From positions 1 to 64,000 of the forward strand of contig JAEOTC010000111.1 of NCBI GenBank assembly GCA_016840035.1: a DNA stretch of 64,000 nucleotides, given 5' to 3'. The notes beneath the pieces are model-generated. The model saw only the letters and a program-made list of their open reading frames with translations. It was not told the DNA's origin and did not search any database. The translations under genes were made by a program, and so were the position numbers. Origin of the DNA: Candidatus Hodarchaeota archaeon. GTDB taxonomy: Archaea; Asgardarchaeota; Heimdallarchaeia; Hodarchaeales; Hodarchaeaceae. Numbering within the stretch: the stretch's first letter is position 1; each line of letters begins with the position of its first letter. Shown here piece after piece: positions 30,386 through 39,542 of the stretch.

Positions 30386-31198
30386 ATGACTATGCAGATC
30401 ATTTTATTGGGAACTGGGACTCCAATTCCTGATCCTAATCGCTCTGGACCAGCATTGGCTGTTATAAAGGGGGAAAGTGTCTATATTATCGACTTTGGAC
30501 CTGGTGTGGTTCGAAGAGCGGTAGCTGCAGGTATTAAGCCATCTCAACTTACGACAGCTTTCCTTACACACATGCATTCAGATCACACGACGGGGTATCC
30601 AGATTTGATTTTCACTCCTGCTGTTGAAGGTCGACGTGATCCATTAATGGTTTATGGCCCTGAAGGATTAAGTTCAATGACTCAAAAAATACTTTCTGCA
30701 TTTGATATGGATGTACAGGAGAGAAAAACTGGATTAGAACCAACACCAATGTCAGGTTATGAAGTGGAGGTGAAGGAAATCAGTTCTGGAGTAATCTACT
30801 CGAAAGATGAAATTATAGTGGAAGCATTTCCTGTAGAGCATGGATCTTGGCCTGCATTTGGATATAAATTCAAATCTCCTACAAAGACAATTGCTATTTC
30901 AGGTGATACCTCAAAATCCGAATCTCTCATGAAACATGTAAACAACTGTGATATTCTAATTCATGAAGTTTATTCAGCTGAAGGCCTAAAAACAAGATCC
31001 CCAGACTGGATACATTATCATTCGACTTATCATACCTCTACTTATGAACTAGGCAAGATCGCACGACGAGTAAAACCAAATTTATTGGTCCTCTACCATC
31101 AGCTTTATATGGGAAAGACTGATGATGATCTTATCACCGAGATAAGAACGGAATACGCAGGTCCTGTAGTCTCTGGTAAGGACTTAGATATATTCTGA
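30386..31198 (+). CDS. MBL-fold hydrolase, RNase Z/BN (arylsulfatase-like) family
   Basis: LLGTG, THMHSDH, VEHG, ISGDT, LIHEV, YHT, LYH. Confidence 0.85.
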   Translation: MTMQIILLGTGTPIPDPNRSGPALAVIKGESVYIIDFGPGVVRRAVAAGIKPSQLTTAFLTHMHSDHTTGYPDLIFTPAVEGRRDPLMVYGPEGLSSMTQKILSAFDMDVQERKTGLEPTPMSGYEVEVKEISSGVIYSKDEIIVEAFPVEHGSWPAFGYKFKSPTKTIAISGDTSKSESLMKHVNNCDILIHEVYSAEGLKTRSPDWIHYHSTYHTSTYELGKIARRVKPNLLVLYHQLYMGKTDDDLITEIRTEYAGPVVSGKDLDIF

Positions 31199-31211
31199 GT
31201 GGTGTCTTCAT

Positions 31212-31433
31212 GACTGAATTTGTCAGACAACTCTAAGAATAGAGCTCTGGACAGGATGAGTCACACATCCGCTATCCGGCAAATCGGTACTTCGTGGAGA
31301 AATACTGATCCTAAGGATTACTTTCGGGGGGAATACTGCACCTAAATCCTTTACTCTCAATCAACATCAGTCTATTCAGGTAGCTTCTCCTTCGCCTTTG
31401 ATGGGTAACTCATCTAACGTAGTTACGAAGGAG
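31212..31433. ncRNA. Candidate structured RNA (unclassified)
   Basis: Several nested inverted repeats in an unusually long intergenic region (see findings). Confidence 0.35.
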
Positions 31434-31562
31434 TTCAACCCAATTCTCGTAGGAATATTTCGACAATCACCTCTCCTAATAAATATCTACAGGGGATTTC
31501 CTTTTAAATTTGTTAGAGAGAGAGGTCTCCGAAACTACTAAAAATGACTGTGTCGGACAAAA

Positions 31563-32486
31563 ATGATAATGGAAATACTATCTAGACCATATAACAAGCA
31601 ACAAGATTTTCAGAAAATTATGTTATTCTTGGCAGACCTATTTAACAGGACTGGTTCTTATGAAAACTGGTTTCCTGATAGATTTGAAAATAGTAGCGAA
31701 TCTCGCGAAGACGGGATCAGAATCTGGGAATTAGATCACGAATCGATAAATTCAGAAAAAAACAAAATTATAGCATTAACAACCCGTGAATCACCTAAAG
31801 ATTTTTATCTTCATGTTGATCCATTTTATAGACACATTGAACAAGAAATGGTAGAATGGATAGAAAACTATCGTGCGAAGAATATTCCATCAAGCGTTAA
31901 GAAATATGAAGTAAAGATTAATATCCTAGAAGGAAATCCAGAACGGGAGAAACTCCTGTCAAAAATGGGTTATAAAAATCAAAATATCTATGGATATTAT
32001 CGAATAAGAAAGACTGGTGCTCCACTTCCAACCTTTCCCTGTCCTGAAGGATTCGAGATTAGAACTCTGAAAAGAGCAGATTACGACCAATTAGCCCTCT
32101 TGATTAGAAGAGTGTTCGGACATGGTGATTATTTCACATCAGAGATTTTAGAATGGCTTGCTAGTTGTTCATTTTATAAAAAAGACTTAGATCTTGTTGT
32201 TGTGACACCAGAAGATATTATTGCGTCATTTTGCACCTTTAGGCTGGATCCCACAAGTCGTATAATTAGTCTTGAGCCAATGGGTACCAATCCTGACTAC
32301 CGAGGACTTGGACTAGGAAAGGCCATACTTTCAGAGGGAATTAAACGATCTATGAAGTATGACCCTCCCTTTTTCTATATTGATGGAGCTGCCAATAATC
32401 CCGCAGCAAATCGGTTGTATGATGCAACTGGGTTCGCATCAGAATTTGCTATAAATTCTTGGGTAAAATCGATAAAATTAGATTAG
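31563..32486 (+). CDS. Tandem GNAT acetyltransferase
   Basis: LEPMGTNPDYRGLGLGKA motif A; NPAANRLYDATGF motif B. Confidence 0.88.
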   Translation: MIMEILSRPYNKQQDFQKIMLFLADLFNRTGSYENWFPDRFENSSESREDGIRIWELDHESINSEKNKIIALTTRESPKDFYLHVDPFYRHIEQEMVEWIENYRAKNIPSSVKKYEVKINILEGNPEREKLLSKMGYKNQNIYGYYRIRKTGAPLPTFPCPEGFEIRTLKRADYDQLALLIRRVFGHGDYFTSEILEWLASCSFYKKDLDLVVVTPEDIIASFCTFRLDPTSRIISLEPMGTNPDYRGLGLGKAILSEGIKRSMKYDPPFFYIDGAANNPAANRLYDATGFASEFAINSWVKSIKLD

Positions 32487-32494
32487 GATCCAGT

Positions 32495-35419
32495 CTATGA
32501 ACAGTTCACGCAACGAGCAACGACTTCTTCATTCTTAATTTTGACCTTCACTCGTCCACAGGTATCACAAACTTCTGTTCCACACTTCTTACAGACTGAT
32601 AACAGCTCTGGAGCAAAAGATTTTTTACATCCTTGACATTGTTTGGGAGTATGTTCAGGACAATAAGTTGCTTCAGTATTAGGATCAAATGCGCTGCATT
32701 CCCCGCATAAACTCTGTTCACAAACCTTACATACTTCAGAATGGTCAAGACAAGCAGTTTTTCCACATTTTTGGCAAAATGTGATGTGTTCACTACAAAA
32801 GAGTTTCAAGCAGGTTGTACATACAAAAGTGGGAGGAGAAATTTCAACAGCCAATAATGATTGATAGTAATTCTCAGTGCTTATCTGAGGACCGCATCCT
32901 TCACACATAAGTTCTGCATTACCATTATAGAGATTAAGATTCAAATGGAACTGATTAACAGTATCTTGATCACTTTGGTTTAGTTTGATTGAAAGAGGTA
33001 TTGATAAACGTGGAACCCAATAAACTGATTTTTCAATAATAGAAACATCTGCTTTTCCAGGTCGATAAAGATCAGGTGGTACTCCTTGGCTTTTAAGAAC
33101 CTCAATAGATTTATGAAAAGCCTCATAATTTTCCTGTTTTTCTTTAAATAATGCTTGCCGCTTTTTCTCATTGTTGGCGATTTGTTTTCTAAGTTCTTTC
33201 ACTCGATCTTCATGTCTCATCTGTTTATTAGAGGTAGAATCAATGGATCTTTCGATGGCTCTTATTGAACGTCCCTCTGCGGCACGTGCCTTCCTTTCAG
33301 CCTCTAGATTTTCAAGTCTCGAAAGAGTATCATCAAGCTTCTGATTCTCAGTTTGGAGTTTCTCCTCTAATCCACTAATTTGTGTGGATAATTTGGATAA
33401 CTCTTTTCCAACTTTCTTCCCAGCAAGTTTTGAAATCTCATTTCTCTCGAATTCTCTTATGCGTTCCTGATAGATAGATTCCGCTTCAGGAAACGGATTT
33501 TGTGTATAGTACCAAATTAAGTTCTCAGGTAGTTTAGTAATTACCTCTTTATCGAAATCAAGGAATTTATATCCAGTGAGGGGCTGAATTGCTAAATCCT
33601 TGGCAGGGAGGGAAGAAGCATGAATCCCTTCAATAGTAGTAGAATTCCAATCGATCTTTCGCAGATCAAATGTTCGTGACATTTCCTCCTTTATCTGAAC
33701 TGGAAATTGTAGTTGTCCTTCTTTAATAGTTCTTTTGATGTCTATCAAAGTTTTTGTAAAGTACAGTGGAGAGTAGAAAATATTATAGGCTCCAAACTCG
33801 AGATTAATTCCATCCTGTTCTGGATTACCTCTGAGGCTCAACCTCTCCATGATTACTGGGATGTACTCTTCATTTTCGGGCTTGATCTTAGGTTCAAGAA
33901 ATCTTTCGGTAATTTTCCCCATAGCAGGCTTCTTAGCTTTGACTGAAACTGCAGAAATAACTGTATCCTTTTTCATTTCTGGAGTTGGTTTCTTTTCTTC
34001 AGGTTGTACCTTTTTGGGTTTTGGGGGTTTAAGTGTAAGAGCAGATATTTCCGAATTCGTTAATGGTCCTTTATGTAGACTTAGTAACCACCGTGTTTGA
34101 AGCATATTAACTCCATATCTGGGATTATAAGCAATGAAATTCCCAGGTTTCAGTGCTCTAATTTTACTCATTAATGATCTAAATTCCTCTTCAGTTCCAC
34201 CACCACCTTCAAAGACAGGTTTTAGTGCACCTTGGACTTTAGCGATGTCTTGATTGGTTGCCAATCTACCCAAAACCCAAGTAGCGATATTTGATAACCC
34301 ACGATAATCTAAATCTCCTGGATTTTGAGTTGCTAGTACACATCCCAACCCTGCTGCTCTTGCCTGTTTTAACAAGATTAAAAGCGCTGTTTTTGACGGA
34401 GGACTCAGAGATCCAGCAGGCATGAATCCATATAACTCATCAAAGTACATGATGGCGCGTAAACGACTTGTACCTCCTTTTGACCAGGCCCACCTTTGAA
34501 CTTCCCCTAAAATTTCAGCAACAAAAGTATTTTTTTCGTCTGAATCAGTAATCTTACGTAAGTCAAAAACAATTATAGGTGTTTTCTTCTCTTTGGTTGC
34601 TAAACCAATAAGCTTATCAAAATCAAGCTCTACACCTGGAACTGCACGGACCATCAAAGCATTAATATTACGAGCTAATTCTTGACGTTTAGTAGTTGAG
34701 ATGAATTTATCAACAGAAAGAGAACCCACTTTTTTAAATGGGGGGTCTTGTATTCGTTCTATTAGAAGGTCTAAACCAACGGTATTTTGCTTTTCGTTCT
34801 CCCAAACATGTCGAATAATGTTATTTAGATAGATAACACGATTGTCTGTCGATGCTGATGTTCCAATTCCAACTCTTGATAGTAACAATTGTATTTTGAG
34901 ATCTAACGCGCTTAAAACCGCATCAGGCGATTCTTCCATCATCTTTGAATAATTCTTGGGCTTTTCAAAGTGTGGAGTAAGAGAAATCTGGACTCCAGAG
35001 GAATTTTTTGGAGTAATTAATACTGTAGCCACTTTATCTGAATACTCTGCCTCTGCGGAAAGGTAATCATCACCAAAAGATTCTTCAAGTTTTTCCTCAT
35101 ATAAATTCACCCAATCTTCAGCTATTTCCTCTGGATCTCCACCGCCACGATCGTCTGCCTCCACTTTTGCATGAATAAGTAATTTATCTTTCGAAAAATC
35201 CCCAAAACCAATCCCTAAAGCACCAATATCTCCTTTAGGATCAATAGCAATTACAGGGATATTTGATCTGACTGCTTCTTCAACTATTGACTTGCACACA
35301 ACTGTTTTCCCTGAACCACTTGCCCCTAATACCGCAGCATGTGTTAAAAAGGTTGTAGAAGGTAATTCAAATCTCTCTCCCTCGCTTAGTTTTCCAAGAA
35401 AAAACTTCGGATCAGCCAT
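32495..35419 (-). CDS. HerA/FtsK-superfamily ATPase (DUF87/DUF853-like) with coiled coil and Cys-rich zinc-finger tail
   Basis: THAAVLGASGSGKT, IDPKGD, YFDE, LLKQARAAG, ATQNPGDLD; C-terminal CxxC repeats. Confidence 0.85.
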   Translation of the reverse strand: MADPKFFLGKLSEGERFELPSTTFLTHAAVLGASGSGKTVVCKSIVEEAVRSNIPVIAIDPKGDIGALGIGFGDFSKDKLLIHAKVEADDRGGGDPEEIAEDWVNLYEEKLEESFGDDYLSAEAEYSDKVATVLITPKNSSGVQISLTPHFEKPKNYSKMMEESPDAVLSALDLKIQLLLSRVGIGTSASTDNRVIYLNNIIRHVWENEKQNTVGLDLLIERIQDPPFKKVGSLSVDKFISTTKRQELARNINALMVRAVPGVELDFDKLIGLATKEKKTPIIVFDLRKITDSDEKNTFVAEILGEVQRWAWSKGGTSRLRAIMYFDELYGFMPAGSLSPPSKTALLILLKQARAAGLGCVLATQNPGDLDYRGLSNIATWVLGRLATNQDIAKVQGALKPVFEGGGGTEEEFRSLMSKIRALKPGNFIAYNPRYGVNMLQTRWLLSLHKGPLTNSEISALTLKPPKPKKVQPEEKKPTPEMKKDTVISAVSVKAKKPAMGKITERFLEPKIKPENEEYIPVIMERLSLRGNPEQDGINLEFGAYNIFYSPLYFTKTLIDIKRTIKEGQLQFPVQIKEEMSRTFDLRKIDWNSTTIEGIHASSLPAKDLAIQPLTGYKFLDFDKEVITKLPENLIWYYTQNPFPEAESIYQERIREFERNEISKLAGKKVGKELSKLSTQISGLEEKLQTENQKLDDTLSRLENLEAERKARAAEGRSIRAIERSIDSTSNKQMRHEDRVKELRKQIANNEKKRQALFKEKQENYEAFHKSIEVLKSQGVPPDLYRPGKADVSIIEKSVYWVPRLSIPLSIKLNQSDQDTVNQFHLNLNLYNGNAELMCEGCGPQISTENYYQSLLAVEISPPTFVCTTCLKLFCSEHITFCQKCGKTACLDHSEVCKVCEQSLCGECSAFDPNTEATYCPEHTPKQCQGCKKSFAPELLSVCKKCGTEVCDTCGRVKVKIKNEEVVARCVNCS

Positions 35420-35550
35420 TTTCCTTTACCACATTATTGTATTTGATGAAAATGAATTAAATTAATAAATGAATCCTTTAGTTCACGGAATATATTAAAC
35501 TAGTCAATTGCAAAAATACCAAGCATTTTCTATTATTTTGGAGGTTGACC

Positions 35551-36576
35551 ATGTCTTCAGCAAAATTTCCTATAATTACCTTAGAAGGATCTCCAGAAGA
35601 GATAGGTATACAACACGGAGAAATTTTGAAAAATAAAATTCATTCTACAGTTACCTGGTATAAAAAGGTCATATCAAAAGAAGAAAAACAGATATTAACG
35701 CTAGTGGAAATTTTTAAATTAACAATCGAGAATTTTGATCCCACTTACGCCTCTGAAATCGAAGCCATTGCGACTGGGGCTGATATAAATTCTAACTGGA
35801 TCTATATGCTAAATTCACGTTCTGAAATCATGAATATCTTTCAAAATGAGTGTACTGCGGCATTTTTTAAGTCGTCAGCAATTTTAGGTCAGAACTGGGA
35901 TTGGGCCGAAGATCTCGAAAATCTTGCCGTGATCATGAAAATTAAGAAACAAGATGACAATAAACCTGACATACTCATGATGACGGAACCAGGCATTATT
36001 GGAAAGATTGGATTTAATTCAAATGGATTGGGAGTATGTCTAAATTTTCTTAATTCCGGAAAATTACCACGAGGTGTTCCAATACATATCCTTCTAAGAA
36101 AAGTATTGGAATTATCGAGTATTAACCAAGTTGGAAGATCTATTGGACCTTTTATGAGTGGAAAATCTGCAAATATTTTGATTGGAGAAAAGTCTGGAGA
36201 ATATATCGATATCGAATTTGCTAATGATGAGCATTATTATCCGAACACAACTTCAGATGCTTTTATTCACACAAATCATTATTTGATGAACAATGCTTTA
36301 AACAGTGATACAGAGAAATTAGCCAGTTCTTTCAGCAGGTACAATAAAGCCTTGAACATTATTAAGAATAATCCCTCTAAAACAGTAGAGGATATGAAAG
36401 GAATATTATTGGATCGCACGAACAAAGCTCTCCCTATCTGTCGCCCCTATGTAGATAATCCTGATATTGGGACAGTTGGTACAATATGTACTATAATCAT
36501 GGACCTGAAAAACGGAAAAATGCACATCACAAAAGGTAGTCCCCTGAATACTCCTTTTTCTTCTGTTGAACTATAA
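35551..36576 (+). CDS. Peptidase C45 family Ntn-hydrolase (isopenicillin-N acyltransferase-like)
   Basis: GIQHG, NECT autocleavage site, GQNWDW, GFNSNG, HTNHY. Confidence 0.88.
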   Translation: MSSAKFPIITLEGSPEEIGIQHGEILKNKIHSTVTWYKKVISKEEKQILTLVEIFKLTIENFDPTYASEIEAIATGADINSNWIYMLNSRSEIMNIFQNECTAAFFKSSAILGQNWDWAEDLENLAVIMKIKKQDDNKPDILMMTEPGIIGKIGFNSNGLGVCLNFLNSGKLPRGVPIHILLRKVLELSSINQVGRSIGPFMSGKSANILIGEKSGEYIDIEFANDEHYYPNTTSDAFIHTNHYLMNNALNSDTEKLASSFSRYNKALNIIKNNPSKTVEDMKGILLDRTNKALPICRPYVDNPDIGTVGTICTIIMDLKNGKMHITKGSPLNTPFSSVEL

Positions 36577-36655
36577 AGCGAGAATTATCTCTCCTTTACC
36601 ACATTGGTTTCTATTTAAAGGACCCTTTTTATCCATTTTTTAAGGTGTTACTCAT

Positions 36656-37696
36656 ATGACTGGATATTCTATCAAGGAATTTGATCCCCCAAACGTTGAA
36701 GATGATCAATTTTGGGATAATTTCTATTCTTTCTATACAAAATTTGTCAAGGACATACATCCTAACGATCCTCTTACTCCTAAACCACGAATAGTAAAAT
36801 CATTGAAAGATCCTCATCCAGACTATCACATCAACCATTGGTTGGTATATACTTCCGATAAGGAAATCGTTGGTTGGGCAGATAATTATATTTCAAAGGA
36901 AACTCATCCTGCATACGATACAAACAAACATGTGGCAGGTTGTGATACAGTTATATTAAAAGAACATCGTCATAACGGATTAGGGACACAACTCTTCCGA
37001 TACCACTTGAAAATCGTAAAAAAGTATAATCGTACAATAATCCAAGCTGGAACCTCTGAGGAATCAGGGCATAATTTCTTAAGGAAATTTGGTGGGAAAG
37101 AAGCAATTCAAGGTTCAGAGAATCGTTTGCAGATGAATGAGGTAGATTGGTCACTTATGCAGCAGTGGATAGATGATGGCCCAGAAAGAGCAAAAGAGGT
37201 GAATCTTGAACGATTCGTTGATGTTTCCGATTCTGATATTGAGGAATATTGTGTAATCTATACTGAAACCATGAATCAACAACCCTTCGGAGAGCTTGAA
37301 GGGAGAGTAAAGGAAACACCCGATTCACGAAGACAGAGTGAGGAGAGACATCGTAAAAGAGGAGGAAAATGGACAACTCTGATTTCAAGAGAGAAAAATG
37401 GAAGGATCAGTGGTTTAACAGAGGTTTTTTATTACCCAGATAAACCTTCAATGCTTTATCAAAATTTAACTGGAGTAAAAGAAGAATATCGAGGTAAGGG
37501 ACTGGGAAAATGGCTTAAAGCAACAATGCTCAAATGGATAAGTGAAGAATACCCAGATGTTAAAACAATTGTCACTGGTAATGCCACTACTAATGCACCC
37601 ATGCTTTCAATTAACCAGAGAATGGGATTTAAAGAATATAAGTCAGGATCGGAATATAAATTTCAGGTTGAAGAGCTTGAAAAGCTACTCGATTAA
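36656..37696 (+). CDS. Tandem GNAT acetyltransferase
   Basis: EHRHNGLGT; TGVKEEYRGKGLGKWLK; NAPMLSINQRMGF. Confidence 0.88.
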   Translation: MTGYSIKEFDPPNVEDDQFWDNFYSFYTKFVKDIHPNDPLTPKPRIVKSLKDPHPDYHINHWLVYTSDKEIVGWADNYISKETHPAYDTNKHVAGCDTVILKEHRHNGLGTQLFRYHLKIVKKYNRTIIQAGTSEESGHNFLRKFGGKEAIQGSENRLQMNEVDWSLMQQWIDDGPERAKEVNLERFVDVSDSDIEEYCVIYTETMNQQPFGELEGRVKETPDSRRQSEERHRKRGGKWTTLISREKNGRISGLTEVFYYPDKPSMLYQNLTGVKEEYRGKGLGKWLKATMLKWISEEYPDVKTIVTGNATTNAPMLSINQRMGFKEYKSGSEYKFQVEELEKLLD

Positions 37697-37948
37697 TATC
37701 CTTTATCAGAAATTGTTTAGTTCGTGAGAATAAGAATATTCGAATATTTTGGAAATGGAATCTTTCTTTAAAACAAATATATTTTCATATTACATATAAG
37801 GGTAGATCAATTAGATCACTTTACAAGTATCCCACCCATCTTAATTAGTTAGAAAAGCATTGATTGATCTTTAAAATAATAAGGATAGAAGGAAAGGAAG
37901 TTACAATACTTCTCACAATTATGATGATCAATAAGGAGATTTAATTTC

Positions 37949-38533
37949 GTGGTAAATGTTGGCATTTTAGGAGATATGAACTGCGGGAAAACATCAGTAT
38001 TTGTACGATTTATGAATTCATTAGCTGCCTCAAATGAGAAAATTATTGCTGGTTCTCCTGGAGGACCAGAAATGTATACTACTCAGACTGTAGATTTTAT
38101 TAGATTCACTCATAAGGGATTTATTCATGTCTTATACGGCACTGGAGGACACACAACACCTATCACTGATTATTACCGTGTTTACGTTTTAAGAAATGCC
38201 AACCGATTCCTTTGCATGTTTGATTTGTCGATTGAATTAGAACCTCAACTAGCTTTCTACAAGAACCTTGAGATTCCAACGAAGCAAGTAACAATCTTCC
38301 TGAACAAATATGATCTCGCACAAGAGAACTATGCTGAATATAAAGAGAAAGTAGAAGATTTTTTCATTAACGACCAGAAAAAACTGATCAAAGAAATTCT
38401 CCCTACAGTCGCGATAAAAGTCGAGGAAGGGAAATTCAAAAAAGAAACAGAAAATTGTCTGAAAGGAATCCTTGATTTGTGTGAATTTGATAAAGACGCC
38501 TCTGCATTCGATGTTTGGAATGGTCAAGGATAA
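37949..38533 (+). CDS. Atypical small GTPase (Ras-like/MglA-like)
   Basis: G1 GDMNCGKT, G2-like TTQTVDF, G3 position YGTGGH, G4 NKYD. Confidence 0.75.
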   Translation: MVNVGILGDMNCGKTSVFVRFMNSLAASNEKIIAGSPGGPEMYTTQTVDFIRFTHKGFIHVLYGTGGHTTPITDYYRVYVLRNANRFLCMFDLSIELEPQLAFYKNLEIPTKQVTIFLNKYDLAQENYAEYKEKVEDFFINDQKKLIKEILPTVAIKVEEGKFKKETENCLKGILDLCEFDKDASAFDVWNGQG

Positions 38534-38556
38534 GAATTAAAAAAAAGGTAGGAATA

Positions 38557-39462
38557 ATGGAATCTTCTGATCCTTTTGCTCAACTGGTTGAAACATTATC
38601 AGTAATAGAGCATCAGAATCGAATTTTATGCCTGTTGGCGGTGTATTTGGGTCAAAAAGCAGATCAGAATACAATTCAAGGTATTACTGATATTCTTTCA
38701 TCTCTTTTAGGGAAAGATGAGCAATTTACTACAGCGAAAACCCGAGGTCTGATCACTTCATTAGTGAATGGAGGAATCTTAGAACGGGAACGTGAGAAAG
38801 TAATAAGCTCTACGAAAGTTTCCTTCCATTCTATTAGTCCTCTTGGGTATATAGTCCTGCTATATGTCCTACAAACCTATATTATTAAGATTGACCCTGC
38901 TTCTATTAATTGGGATACCACTCGTTTTCAAGACTACGCCGATTCAGAAGAAAAAATGCTCTACTATACCATAGATGCATTACTTATTCAAGAGCCTAAA
39001 ATCAACCGAATTCTTACTTCCCTACGAAGTGGAAAGGATCCCAAGAAAATAAGGCTATCGAAACCACTAAATATTCCTTTAGAGAAACTATTTTCAGGAA
39101 AAACAGGGAATACAGTATTTAAAATTATGGAGGAATTGATCTGGGATTACTTGCATTCTAACACTGGATTAAGTAAATCCACACTCGATCAAACATCAGA
39201 TTCCTCAATAAGTAGTCCTTTGAAAAAACTTTCCACTTTTTTGATGGTAGAAGAAAATTGGGGCAAGGAAAGACGTTTTAGACTGTCAATTCACGGGATA
39301 TTTCTTTTACCTGTATTTGCTTTGCTTATAAAGCATTTTTCTGTGGATAAATCAATATTCCCATCATTAAAATTATCTCGCTTAGAAAAGGATGAGAATT
39401 ATTGGATTGCCCTTACAAAGTTAGGAAATTCATTCTTTAAAACAGTATACAGAATATCTTAA
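38557..39462 (+). CDS. Tandem winged helix-turn-helix protein
   Basis: Two wHTH-like units ending LVNGGILE...HSISPLG and LKKLSTFL...FRLSIHG; start placed at ATG 38557. Confidence 0.55.
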   Translation: MESSDPFAQLVETLSVIEHQNRILCLLAVYLGQKADQNTIQGITDILSSLLGKDEQFTTAKTRGLITSLVNGGILEREREKVISSTKVSFHSISPLGYIVLLYVLQTYIIKIDPASINWDTTRFQDYADSEEKMLYYTIDALLIQEPKINRILTSLRSGKDPKKIRLSKPLNIPLEKLFSGKTGNTVFKIMEELIWDYLHSNTGLSKSTLDQTSDSSISSPLKKLSTFLMVEENWGKERRFRLSIHGIFLLPVFALLIKHFSVDKSIFPSLKLSRLEKDENYWIALTKLGNSFFKTVYRIS

Positions 39463-39542
39463 CGCTATTTTTCTCTACCATTGCGTAAAGTTAAAAACGC
39501 AATACTTCTTAGAGTTCCGCCTAGCTTATTGAGGTTATATCA

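Noticed and set aside
32495-35419. HerA ATPase as an anti-phage or conjugation system
   Set aside because: Flanked by GNAT and C45 peptidase genes; no nuclease, Sir2, relaxase or T4SS partner
37735-37748. 14-bp palindrome AATATTCGAATATT upstream of the GTPase
   Set aside because: Almost all A/T in an AT-rich gap and about 200 bp from the start; plausibly chance
38557-39462. ESCRT-II (Vps22/25/36) identity for the tandem wHTH protein
   Set aside because: No ESCRT-specific motifs recognised and no ESCRT genes nearby
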